Assembly: GCA_038885755.1 (NCBI GenBank)
Contig: JAVZZH010000001.1
Coordinates: 453,410-517,409, forward strand
Origin: Candidatus Caldarchaeum sp.
GTDB lineage: Archaea; Thermoproteota; Nitrososphaeria_A; Caldarchaeales; Caldarchaeaceae
Length of the DNA stretch: 64,000 nucleotides
Direction: 5' to 3'
Shown here: piece by piece, positions 1-11,701 of the stretch
Position numbering within the stretch: position 1 is the first letter of the stretch
How the letters are laid out: every line of letters starts with the position of its first letter
Position numbers and translations under genes: made by a program
The notes under the pieces: model-generated
Seen by the model: the letters and a program-made list of their open reading frames with translations, nothing else
The model's database searches: none
Told to the model about the DNA's origin: nothing

Positions 1-606
1 TTCATAAGCCTTGGAAACACCATCATCATACAGAAGGAGACCACGAGGAATGTCGAGCCAGCGTCGGAGAAAACCGTTCTTCTGGGCGAGAACAAAGCAA
101 TAGGCGCCGTGCTTTCGCTCAGCAGGCAGTCGAACAAACTCCAGCTCGAGAAAACAGAATACGACGTAGCCGTCCTCAGCCATTCCTTCGAACAAAACCA
201 TGTAAGGCTCGTGCTGTCCAGCACAAAAGAATCAGCTGGAAAGTTAGTGATAATCGATGTCGACAAAAACTTCATGAAAAACTATCTGCCACGAGACATC
301 TCGATAAGGGTCGACGGCACCCCAGCCGTTCTATCTCAGAGCATAACAGAGATCCTGACCGGAGACTCGCAGGAGCCAAAATACTTCCTAGCATTAACAG
401 GCAGGGGTCTTCAAATCGTGTTATACATACCCAACTGGTCGACGAAGGTCGTGATAATCGGTTCGGCTAGCTCCCTGTCCTTCCAGATAGCGATACCGGG
501 TTTCTGGAACAGGGAGTTTGAGCTGTTCACAACCACGGTCGGGTTCATACTTCTGATGATGTTCGTCCTTGTCGGCAAGAGTCTGAGAAGAACTTCGGAT
601 GAATAG
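1..606 (+). CDS. C-terminal part of a membrane-anchored, probably extracellular protein (5' end outside window)
   Basis: Frame 1 is open from nt 1 to the stop at 604-606, so the listed M at 109 is internal. The C-terminus is a hydrophobic helix (TTTVGFILLMMFVLVG) followed by basic KSLRR. Confidence 0.5.
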   Translation, partial: FISLGNTIIIQKETTRNVEPASEKTVLLGENKAIGAVLSLSRQSNKLQLEKTEYDVAVLSHSFEQNHVRLVLSSTKESAGKLVIIDVDKNFMKNYLPRDISIRVDGTPAVLSQSITEILTGDSQEPKYFLALTGRGLQIVLYIPNWSTKVVIIGSASSLSFQIAIPGFWNREFELFTTTVGFILLMMFVLVGKSLRRTSDE

Positions 607-1024
607 TAGGCTTGCTGCTGAGATAGTGCTCGACAAGCCTCCTCGTGTATTTCTCTAGAGGCAACTGCAGCGACCTCCTCAGCTCGGTCCACACGTATCC
701 CTGAATCTCCTGATGGTCAGCCTTAACATCCGTCGAGAGGGCTCTGCAGAGCACGTCAACGAAGATGAAGTGCCTGCCCTTTTTATAAAACTGGCCGGGG
801 TTGCAGACCTCTTGGATAGCTATGACTTTCTCAGGCTTGACTTCGATGCCGACCTCCTCCCTCGCCTCCCTCACGACGGCGTCGAAGATTTTCTCTCCAT
901 AGTTTACGTGTCCCCCGGGTATTGAGTATAGGTAGAACCACTTATGGCTCACGACGAGCAACAGGTTGTCCCTGCGGTCTAGTATGAACGCCCCGACCGT
1001 AAGCTCGGGACTTTTTCGCATCAA
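545..1024 (-). CDS. Nudix hydrolase
   Basis: Nudix box GGHVNYGEKIFDAVVREAREEVGI (GX5EX7REUXEEXGU). Confidence 0.85.
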   Translation of the reverse strand: MMRKSPELTVGAFILDRRDNLLLVVSHKWFYLYSIPGGHVNYGEKIFDAVVREAREEVGIEVKPEKVIAIQEVCNPGQFYKKGRHFIFVDVLCRALSTDVKADHQEIQGYVWTELRRSLQLPLEKYTRRLVEHYLSSKPTIHPKFFSDSCRQGRTSSEV

Positions 1025-3348
1025 GTTTTCAGCCTGTGCATGGCTTTCAGGTCCTTCTCGAAAAGCTTAAGCTCAGCAGGCACAGCCATCTCAACTTCGT
1101 CCTTCAGAGACATTCCACGGCTTTTCTTGAAAGACCAGACCATGGAGTTGAACTCCATTATCTTGGATGTGTAAGCGGTGTAGTCTTTGCTCCAAACCGG
1201 CTTTGGGAACTTCTCCAGATGAATGCTTTTGCCGCCGTATAGCTTTGTCCAGAGGTAGTCGGTTATGAACGGAGTGATGGGAGCGAGCAGCAGGAGCACG
1301 TTTTTGAATACTGTGTGGAGAGTGAAGAAAGCTGCCTTCCTCTCCTTCTCGTCGAAGCCGTCCCCGTAGGCTCTGGGCTTGACCATCTCGACGTAGTGTG
1401 GTGCGAAGATGTTCCATACAAACCTCCTGACCTCGTTGGCGGGGATGAAGAAGTTATACTCTCTGTATCCTTCGAGGCAGACTTCGATTGTGCGGGACAG
1501 CTCGGAGAGTATCCATCGGTCTGATGGCTGCGGAGCCGCTCTCTTAGGTATAGGAAACATCGACACATAGCGTCCGAGGTTCCAGAGCTTTGAAAGAAAC
1601 TTTCCAGCTCCAGCGATCCTCGCCTCCGATATCCTAAAGTCCTCTCCCAAGCTCGCCTCTTGAGCGCTCCAGAACCTGAAGCAGTCAGCACCGTACTTCT
1701 CGAGGATGGGAATCGGGTCTATGACGTTGCCCCGGCTCTTGCTCATCTTCTCGCCGTGTTCGTCGAGGCCAAGCCCTCCAAGCCAGACTTTTCTGAAGGG
1801 CTCTTTCCCAGTCAACAGGTAGCAGCGTAGAAGAGTGTAGAAAAGCCACGTCCTCACGATGTCCTTGCCCTGAGGCCTTATCGTGGCCGGATAAAGATTC
1901 CAATGGATCTTTCCAGTTTTCCTGTCGCTTATTATGAACAACGGGGTGATGCTCGAGTCCATCCAAGTGTCAAACGTTCTCTCGTCTCCGACAAACTGCG
2001 TCGACCCGCACTTCGAGCAGGAATCAACAGGCGGGTTCTCCTTCCAAGGTCTGTGATAGTTGCCGTCCTCCGCAACGTATGTCTCTCCACATCCCTTGCA
2101 GTACCAGACAGGTATCTCCGTGGCGTAGACCCTCCTCCTAGATATGGGCCAGTCGATCGTGAGGGAGTTTATCCAGTTAATCAACAGCTGCCTGGAAGGC
2201 TCTGGATGGAACTCCATTTTGTAGGCTAGTCTCTTCAGCTCCTCGACGTAGTCGAGCTGCTTCAAGTAGTATTCCTCCATCGGGATGATCTCTATCGGGG
2301 TCTTGCTTCTTTCGCAGACAGGCGTCATATGGGTTATGTTCTCGGACTTTATCAACCGGTTCAGCTCAGCGAGTTTATCAACCATTCTCTCCCGGGCTTC
2401 CTCCACCTTCAACCCAGCCAGAAAACCAGCGTTCTCGTTCATCCTACCATCGAGGTTTATGACTATGCGTTCAGGCAGCTTAAGCTCTCTGAAGAGACGT
2501 ACATCCGTGTAGTCGCCGTAGCTGCAAACCATCAACGCACCGGAACCGTAGTCTGGCCTCGCCTCAGGACGGGGTATGATTTCAACGGCTTCGCCGAAGA
2601 CCGGTGTTATGGCTTTAGCTCCGTGCAGGCTTGTGTATCTCTGGTCGGCTGGGTTGACTATCACGGCCCTGCAGGCAGGTATGAGCTCCGGCCTCGTAGT
2701 GGCTATGGTTATATCTCCGCCCTCAGCGAGGTCGAACTTGATGTAGTGCAGTTTGGATGGCATCGGCTCGTGGTCAACCTCAGCGTCGGCTATCGTGGTT
2801 CCGCAGACGTGGCAATAGTTGTTCGGCCTAGTGGCTCTGTATATCATCCCTCTCTTCCACAGCTTCACGAACGTAGCTTGAGTCAGACGCCTGTACTCAG
2901 GCGAGTCAGTTCTGTACCTGTTTTTAAAATCACCGCTCAACCCCATCCTTTTCATGATTGAGATCATCTCCTCCTCGAGCTCGTCCAAAGAGGTTGAGCA
3001 GAGCTCGATGAATTTCTCACGCGGCGTCTTGTGTATCGAGATGCCGAATTTTTTCTCGGTGTACATCTCGACAGGCAACCCGTTCCGGTCTATACCTATT
3101 GGGAAGAGGGTCATGTAGCCCATCATCCTAGCGGTTCGAGCTATCATGTCTATCTGGCTGTACTGGGCTGCTGCACCTATGTGCCAAGGCCGTCCCGACG
3201 GATAAGGCGGAGGAGTGTCGATGACGAACTTCTTCTTGCGGGACCTTCTGCTGAAGGCGTAAATGTCCTCTCTCTCCCAGCGTTCGAAGACCTCCCTCTC
3301 CAACGCCGGGCTCCAGTTCTTTTCCTGAATGACGGGATTGAGGGTCAT
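1021..3348 (-). CDS. valS: Class Ia aminoacyl-tRNA synthetase, best fit valyl-tRNA synthetase
   Basis: TPPPYPSG..WHIG (HIGH region), GEKMSKSRGNVIDP (KMSKS), an editing-domain-sized insert and CxxC knuckles. The 775 aa length fits archaeal ValRS. LeuRS/IleRS are not formally excluded. Confidence 0.75.
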   Translation of the reverse strand: MTLNPVIQEKNWSPALEREVFERWEREDIYAFSRRSRKKKFVIDTPPPYPSGRPWHIGAAAQYSQIDMIARTARMMGYMTLFPIGIDRNGLPVEMYTEKKFGISIHKTPREKFIELCSTSLDELEEEMISIMKRMGLSGDFKNRYRTDSPEYRRLTQATFVKLWKRGMIYRATRPNNYCHVCGTTIADAEVDHEPMPSKLHYIKFDLAEGGDITIATTRPELIPACRAVIVNPADQRYTSLHGAKAITPVFGEAVEIIPRPEARPDYGSGALMVCSYGDYTDVRLFRELKLPERIVINLDGRMNENAGFLAGLKVEEARERMVDKLAELNRLIKSENITHMTPVCERSKTPIEIIPMEEYYLKQLDYVEELKRLAYKMEFHPEPSRQLLINWINSLTIDWPISRRRVYATEIPVWYCKGCGETYVAEDGNYHRPWKENPPVDSCSKCGSTQFVGDERTFDTWMDSSITPLFIISDRKTGKIHWNLYPATIRPQGKDIVRTWLFYTLLRCYLLTGKEPFRKVWLGGLGLDEHGEKMSKSRGNVIDPIPILEKYGADCFRFWSAQEASLGEDFRISEARIAGAGKFLSKLWNLGRYVSMFPIPKRAAPQPSDRWILSELSRTIEVCLEGYREYNFFIPANEVRRFVWNIFAPHYVEMVKPRAYGDGFDEKERKAAFFTLHTVFKNVLLLLAPITPFITDYLWTKLYGGKSIHLEKFPKPVWSKDYTAYTSKIMEFNSMVWSFKKSRGMSLKDEVEMAVPAELKLFEKDLKAMHRLKT

Positions 3349-3448
3349 GGTTTCTGAATCTCGAAAGCGTGAATTTAAGGGATTTTATCTCCCAGCCGCA
3401 ACAGGGACAGACCTAGTTTATACGGCGACGCGCTCGGGCTGCAGCGGT

Positions 3449-3769
3449 TTAGACAAACCCTAGAGCAGCTTTAGCCTCCTCGCTCATTCTGTCCGGCGTC
3501 CACGGCGGGTCGAAAACCAGCTCGACGTCGACACGCTCGACTCCTTCAACCAAGGTGGTTATGGCCTCCTTCACCTGCTCGGCAACGAAAGCACCTACCG
3601 GACAACCAGGAGCGGTCAACGTCATCTTCACGTAGACAGTCTTATCGTCGACTATCTTGACGTCGTATACGAGCCCAAGGTCGACTATGTTGACGGGGAT
3701 CTCCGGGTCGTAGCAGTTTTTCAGCGCCTCCATCACTTGCTCGACTGTAGCCATCGCTAGTTCCACCAC
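3449..3769 (-). CDS. DUF59/MIP18 (SufT/PaaD-like) Fe-S cluster assembly domain protein
   Basis: YDPEIPVNIVDLGLVY and TLTAPGCP motifs; 106 aa. Confidence 0.8.
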   Translation of the reverse strand: MVELAMATVEQVMEALKNCYDPEIPVNIVDLGLVYDVKIVDDKTVYVKMTLTAPGCPVGAFVAEQVKEAITTLVEGVERVDVELVFDPPWTPDRMSEEAKAALGFV

Positions 3770-3842
3770 AGCAGGGAAATATAAACATACGTTCGTGTAA
3801 ACCTGCAGACATAAAGCTGAGCTTCTCTCCTCTTTAGACGGT

Positions 3843-4349
3843 TTGAAGGCCTGTGTTCTGGTGGGGCCAGAGTTCGAGGACCTCGAGCTGTTTTACCCCG
3901 TCATACGGCTGAGGGAGGAAGAATTCGACGTGGACCTCGTCGGGCCTGAAAAGTCTTCCTACAAGGGGAAGCACGGCATACCCGCTTCAGCGGACAAAAG
4001 CATAGAGGACGCCAGCCCAAACGAATATGATTTGCTGATAATTCCGGGCGGATGGGCTCCGGACAGGCTGAGGAGGAATGCCAGAGTCGTCGAATTCGTC
4101 AGAGAATTCTTCAACTCAGGTAAGCCCGTTGCAGCGATATGCCACGGTCCTCAACTCCTGATATCGGCTAAAGTGATTAAAGGCTTCAGGCTGACTTGTT
4201 CGCCCGCTGTCAAGGACGATGTGGAGAACGCCGGCGCCCTCTACGAGGACAAGCCAGTCGTCGAGGACCGCAACCTGATAACTTCCCGTGGCCCAGCAGA
4301 CCTGCATCTATTCATGAGGAAGGTGGTCGAGAAGGTGTTATCTCGATGA
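3843..4349 (+). CDS. pfpI: DJ-1/PfpI family intracellular protease/deglycase
   Basis: Nucleophile elbow AAICHGPQLL, LIIPGGWAP, 168 aa. The start is TTG. The stop overlaps the next ATG (ATGA at 4346-4349). Confidence 0.85.
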   Translation: MKACVLVGPEFEDLELFYPVIRLREEEFDVDLVGPEKSSYKGKHGIPASADKSIEDASPNEYDLLIIPGGWAPDRLRRNARVVEFVREFFNSGKPVAAICHGPQLLISAKVIKGFRLTCSPAVKDDVENAGALYEDKPVVEDRNLITSRGPADLHLFMRKVVEKVLSR

Positions 4350-4471
4350 AAAAGTTCACGATAGAGGAGCGGTACGACTTGGGCGAGCTCGTCACCTTCA
4401 AACTCAACAAGCACAAGCCCAGGCATCGATGGTTTTTTCTTCAAGGAAGGTTTCTCGAGCAGGTTCGTTGA
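4346..4471 (+). pseudogene. 5' fragment of the downstream DNA methyltransferase, in a different frame
   Basis: MKKFTIEERYDLGELVTFKLNKHKPRHRWFF then runs out of frame. After the T6 run at 4433-4438 the other frame reads FKEGFSSRFVETTL...LDPFAGVGTT, continuous with the ORF at 4509-5483. Confidence 0.6.
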
Positions 4472-4508
4472 GACCACGCTCTCAAGCCATGGGGCTGGCA
4501 GGAACCAC

Positions 4509-5483
4509 TTGGTCCTCGACCCTTTCGCCGGCGTCGGCACTACTCCTCTTACCTGCCGTGAGATGGGGGTTCCGTCGATAGGCGTTGAAATTTCACCACT
4601 CTTCCAGTTCATAGCAGACGTGAAGCTTCAAGACTACGACGTCGACGAACTCAGGCGTCGCAGGGACGAGGTCATGTCAGTTAAATTCGTAAAAACGGAG
4701 TACAGAGCCAGCCCGTTCATCCGAAAGCTCTATCCCAAGCCTGTCTTAGAGGACGTCTTCTTCTTCAAAAAAGTTTTGGAGGACATGCCGGACGACAAGT
4801 ACCGTCGGTTTTTGACGCTGGCTCTCATCGTAGCCGCTGAAAAATCCTCCTACATCTACCGAGACGGCAGCGTAGTAAGGGCCTTGAAGAATAAGCCTAG
4901 AATACCTTCTCTGCGAAAAGCACTCCGACGTGTGTTGAGCATGATGATAAAAGATGTTGAGAAATCCTCGCTGGAAAACGTCGAGTCGCGTGTCGTTCGT
5001 GGGGACGCGAGACGGCTAGACTTCATACCTGACGAGATCATTGACTTGGTGATTACCTCTCCTCCTTACTTGAACAAGATCGAGTATACACAGTGCTACT
5101 GGCCCGAGTACGAGCTCTTCTTTCCAAACGAGCCTCACCCCTCACTCAGGTCTTACATCGGCGTAAGGCCTGAAGGCCTGGAATTCTCCCGCTACTCCGG
5201 GGAAGTTCCTCCAGCCGCTCATCTCTACTTCGAGGACATGGGCATGGCTTTGAGAGAGATTTACCGTGTTCTCAAGTATGGGGGAAGAGCTGTGGTCGTG
5301 GTTGGTGGTGGTGTTTTCCCCCAGCGGGTTATTGAGACAGACGTCGAGCTGGCCGCCCTAGCGGACGAGACAGGTTTTACAGTCGACAGGATCGTAGCCG
5401 TGAACAGGAGAGCGGCGACCACGCGGAGGGTTTTCAAGATAGGGGAGACTCGAGAAAGCATCATCTACCTTAGCAAACTTTAA
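4509..5483 (+). CDS. N6-adenine/N4-cytosine DNA methyltransferase (main body)
   Basis: AdoMet loop VLDPFAGVGTT at the extreme N-terminus of the listed ORF. Catalytic DLVITSPPY lies about 175 aa later, then YRVLKYGGRAVVVVGG. Motif order I ... IV is alpha-like. Confidence 0.8.
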   Translation: MVLDPFAGVGTTPLTCREMGVPSIGVEISPLFQFIADVKLQDYDVDELRRRRDEVMSVKFVKTEYRASPFIRKLYPKPVLEDVFFFKKVLEDMPDDKYRRFLTLALIVAAEKSSYIYRDGSVVRALKNKPRIPSLRKALRRVLSMMIKDVEKSSLENVESRVVRGDARRLDFIPDEIIDLVITSPPYLNKIEYTQCYWPEYELFFPNEPHPSLRSYIGVRPEGLEFSRYSGEVPPAAHLYFEDMGMALREIYRVLKYGGRAVVVVGGGVFPQRVIETDVELAALADETGFTVDRIVAVNRRAATTRRVFKIGETRESIIYLSKL

Positions 5484-6636
5484 CAACAACCTCATGCATG
5501 TCGCCCATCCCCAGCAAATAGTTTCTATCACGCCATCTGACCGAGGGCATTCCAGCCGTCTTCACCACAGCTGTTAGCAAGGCCGCTGAGACGGCGACCG
5601 CTCCCAAATACCAGAGGAAGCCGTAGACGAAACGGGATGAATGGAGCCTTGCTTCATGGCCTAAGGCTAGGCTTGCGGCAAGGTATACTGCTAGAAAGGC
5701 TGGCAGGTTTCCCGACAGCAGAATAACTATCGGTATGGCTAAGCACAAGGATGTGAGGATTATGTAGGGTGCTTTTTGCTTGACTGAGCGGTTCAGCATC
5801 AGTGGTATGAACACTCTCAGCATGCCATTCCATAGAGACTTCGAGTCGTCGTTCCACGAGGAGGTTAGCTTGTTGAAAGCCTTGGCGAACGAAACCTTCA
5901 GACCTGCCTTCAAAGCTCTCAACGCAAGAGCCCTGTCCTCGAGAAGGGCGTTCCTAACAGCTCTATGTCCGCCGACCTTCTCGTAGGCTTCTCTCTTGAT
6001 CAGGATGAAGCTGCCGAAAGCGAAAGCAGCCCTTCCAGCCTGGAACATGTGAGGCTTGCCTAGCACGTAGAGGCCCGTGAGCAGAATAGGCATGGTGAGC
6101 TTGTGGAGGACGCTGTTGAACCTCAGCCTAGGATACAGAGTTACCAGCTCGGCCTGTTTCTCCTCAGCCTTCGACAAAGCCAAGGCTATGACATCCTCCG
6201 AGAAATGAGTGTCGGCGTCTGTAAAGAGAAGCCAGCCGCCGGATGAATGGCGGTAGCCTACCTCGCACGCCCACGTCTTCCCAACCCATCCCTCGGGCGG
6301 AGAACCGCTCTTGACTGCTTTCACCCCCCTATCCGAATACATCTGAGCAATTCTGTAGGTCTGGTCCGAGGAGTTGTCGTCGACGACGATGACCTCGACT
6401 TTAACACCTCTCTGGGAGAGAAGCGACTCGACGCAGCCTGCTATGGTCTTCTCCTCATTCCTGGCAGGAACAACAACTGAGACAACAGTCTCAGAGACCC
6501 TAGTTTGGGAATCGAGGTCGTCCAGATGTTTCAAGGCCTCGATTTTCTTCAAAAATACGTAAAGCCAAGCCGCAACGAACACGAGGGCTCCGGCTATAAT
6601 TATCGCTTGGGTCAACCCCGGAAGACTAGCAAACAA
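5470..6636 (-). CDS. Membrane glycosyltransferase family 2
   Basis: N-terminal TM helix, VSVVVPARNEE...VIVVDDNSSDQT, FTDADT (DXD-like) and C-terminal TM helices. TTG start. Confidence 0.8.
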   Translation of the reverse strand: MFASLPGLTQAIIIAGALVFVAAWLYVFLKKIEALKHLDDLDSQTRVSETVVSVVVPARNEEKTIAGCVESLLSQRGVKVEVIVVDDNSSDQTYRIAQMYSDRGVKAVKSGSPPEGWVGKTWACEVGYRHSSGGWLLFTDADTHFSEDVIALALSKAEEKQAELVTLYPRLRFNSVLHKLTMPILLTGLYVLGKPHMFQAGRAAFAFGSFILIKREAYEKVGGHRAVRNALLEDRALALRALKAGLKVSFAKAFNKLTSSWNDDSKSLWNGMLRVFIPLMLNRSVKQKAPYIILTSLCLAIPIVILLSGNLPAFLAVYLAASLALGHEARLHSSRFVYGFLWYLGAVAVSAALLTAVVKTAGMPSVRWRDRNYLLGMGDMHEVVVKVC

Positions 6637-6667
6637 TTTATACTACTTAAACCTGTTTTTATACAGC

Positions 6668-7246
6668 ATGTCTGACGATTGGTGGTTTGGAAGGAGGCGG
6701 AGAAGGCCCTTTAGCTTCTTCGAAGAGTTTGAGGCTATGTTCGAGGAGATGCAGCGTGGGTTCTTGGAGGAGATCAGGAGGATGATGGACTCTCTCCCCC
6801 GTGAGCTTGTGAGGGAGACTAGGACTCCGACTGGAGTAAGGAGAGAGTATGGACCGTTCGTTTACGGCTACTCAATAACTATAGGGCCTGATGGAAAACC
6901 AATCATACGCCAGTTCGGAAACATATCTCCAGCCGCCTTGCCCAAAGGTTTAGAGGTTAGGGCTGAGAGAGAACCCTTGGTAGACATCATCGAGGACGAC
7001 AAGACGGTCAAGGTGGTGGCTGAGCTTCCCGGCGTAAGGAAGGAGGACATCGACCTCACGCTCGAGGAGAAAAAACTGACGATAAGGGTTGATACGGAGG
7101 CGAGGAAGTACTACAAGGAGGTGAGCCTGCCCGCAGAGGTGGAGACGTCTGGCGCAAGGGCCGAGTACAACAACGGCGTCCTGTCCGTGTCTTTGGTGAA
7201 GAAGCAGGCGGGCAGGATGAAGGGCGAGAAAGTGAGAGTTGAATAA
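6668..7246 (+). CDS. hsp20: Small heat shock protein, Hsp20/alpha-crystallin family
   Basis: Alpha-crystallin domain VDIIEDDKTVKVVAELPGVRKEDIDLTLEE...AEYNNGVLSVSL, with a long R/E-rich N-terminal arm. Confidence 0.85.
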   Translation: MSDDWWFGRRRRRPFSFFEEFEAMFEEMQRGFLEEIRRMMDSLPRELVRETRTPTGVRREYGPFVYGYSITIGPDGKPIIRQFGNISPAALPKGLEVRAEREPLVDIIEDDKTVKVVAELPGVRKEDIDLTLEEKKLTIRVDTEARKYYKEVSLPAEVETSGARAEYNNGVLSVSLVKKQAGRMKGEKVRVE

Positions 7247-7301
7247 TTCATTCAAACAGTTTGTTTCCTCATCATAGTTAAATAAGGCAAAGAGCCTGTA
7301 G

Positions 7302-10237
<2,936 letters not shown>

Positions 10238-10305
10238 CCTACGACAATAGACCAATCGTTCATCTCATATATATGTCAACCGCTCTATAATATAGCTGAG
10301 GAACT

Positions 10306-10770
10306 ATGAAGAAAATGGTTGCCGCAACGGTTCTGCTGGCGGTCTTGGCCGCTTTAGTGGCCGGGGTTTCAGCGGTAAACGCTCTAAATCCTTCTCCGAT
10401 GCATGGAGTAGGGCGTGGAAGAGGAGGGCCTTTCATGGGCAACGCAACAACGACAGAGAGCATCGTTGAAGGCGTCGTCGTCGACGCAGACTACGGGCTG
10501 GTCGTCGTGAGGTCCGATGGCGGGGAACTTAGGCTGGCGGCTCCACGGCTGTGGTCTGTCCGAGGGGAGAATAAGACTTGGTTCAGGCTGTTCGCCGACG
10601 ACGACATAAACATAGGCGACAACGTAAGGCTTGTCGTCGTGACGGTTTCTCACACAAACCTGCGTGGAGCTACGATAACCGTCCAGATAGTCAAGACCAT
10701 CACGGACCTAACCACAGGCGTTGAGGCCTCGGCTGTCCAGTATCAGCCGCCGGCAGGACCACGAATATAA
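10306..10770 (+). CDS. Secreted hypothetical protein
   Basis: Signal-peptide-like N-terminus MKKMVAATVLLAVLAALVAGVSA. I recognise no family. Confidence 0.5.
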   Translation: MKKMVAATVLLAVLAALVAGVSAVNALNPSPMHGVGRGRGGPFMGNATTTESIVEGVVVDADYGLVVVRSDGGELRLAAPRLWSVRGENKTWFRLFADDDINIGDNVRLVVVTVSHTNLRGATITVQIVKTITDLTTGVEASAVQYQPPAGPRI

Positions 10771-10806
10771 ACAACCCCCATAATTTTTTTATAAAGACAT
10801 CCCTCT

Positions 10807-11454
10807 TTGCAGAGTGGGTTGATGGTTCCGGCGATCGTTAGGCTGGACATTCTTTTCGAAGCCGTTAGTTTCATCTTAAGCCTAGCCATAGCCTCCATCT
10901 CCTTCCTTGCATGGAGGAAGGTAAGGTCTAGAACCTTACTGCTGTTCTCCTTGGGCTTTTTTCTAATGGCTTCAGCCATGCTTCTGCGTATAGTCTTAGT
11001 CAGCCTAGCTTTCTCATCCGCATCCACCCCGCCATACCTCAGGGCCCGGTTTTTCTTACTCGAGTTTCAGGAGACGATCTACTCGCTCATACGGCTGGTG
11101 TCCTATGTTGTTTTTCTATACCTGTACGCCGCCTACCCTTTGAAGAGGAACGGAGGCCTGCACGTATTCGCCCCCGTATCCCTAATCTATAACCCGTTCT
11201 TCGAAGCCGTGTCTGCAACGATACTCGCTTTCATAGTCTACCAGCTGGCCACAACCACGCGAGACAGACAAGCCGGCTACGCAACAGCGGGCTTCATCTT
11301 CCTGTTCATCAGCCACCTACTCTTCATAGCAACACCCCTGTCGCTAAACTTCTACCTCCTAGCTCAATTCATCCAGATGCTGTCGTTCATTCTCTTCCTG
11401 ACAGGGGTTTCGACGGTGCTGAAACATGGTGAAAGACTATCGGTCGAGGGCTAG
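10807..11454 (+). CDS. Polytopic membrane protein (about 6-7 TM), unknown function
   Basis: Successive hydrophobic segments throughout. The start could be the ATG at 10822. The 3' end overlaps the next gene by 29 nt. Confidence 0.5.
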   Translation: MQSGLMVPAIVRLDILFEAVSFILSLAIASISFLAWRKVRSRTLLLFSLGFFLMASAMLLRIVLVSLAFSSASTPPYLRARFFLLEFQETIYSLIRLVSYVVFLYLYAAYPLKRNGGLHVFAPVSLIYNPFFEAVSATILAFIVYQLATTTRDRQAGYATAGFIFLFISHLLFIATPLSLNFYLLAQFIQMLSFILFLTGVSTVLKHGERLSVEG

Positions 11455-11701
11455 AATATACTCGGACATACTCGAGTCAATATCATCGCAGGGCTTTGCG
11501 AAGCCAACGAGGATTATGTTGGACGCCAACCTCTCCTACGACCGTTTGACGAAATACCTTTCGCTGCTGATGGAGAAAGGGCTGGTCAAAAAGCATGAAG
11601 GGTCTGAGCTGTCATACGTCATCACCGAGAAAGGCCTGCATTATCTTTCCGAGTTTAAAAAATTCGAAAAGCTGGCGGCTGCCTTCGGACTCAGGCTATG
11701 A
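11426..11701 (+). CDS. Small winged-helix DNA-binding protein
   Basis: 91 aa. RARIYSDILESI...PTRIMLDANLSYDRLTKYLSLLMEKGLV...YVITEKG is a typical archaeal wHTH layout. Confidence 0.6.
   Translation: MVKDYRSRARIYSDILESISSQGFAKPTRIMLDANLSYDRLTKYLSLLMEKGLVKKHEGSELSYVITEKGLHYLSEFKKFEKLAAAFGLRL

Noticed and set aside
500-606. PGF tripeptide shortly before the C-terminal TM helix (PGF-CTERM / archaeosortase signal?)
   Set aside because: PGF is separated from the hydrophobic helix by 11 mostly polar residues (WNREFELFTTT). In the sorting signal it sits directly at the start of the helix, so this is probably coincidental.
3150-3215. ValRS HIGH region reads WHIGAA (second His replaced by Ala)
   Set aside because: It could hint at a degenerate paralog. 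The KMSKS loop and overall architecture are intact, though, and I cannot exclude that this variant is normal for the lineage without an alignment. Not flagged as a finding.
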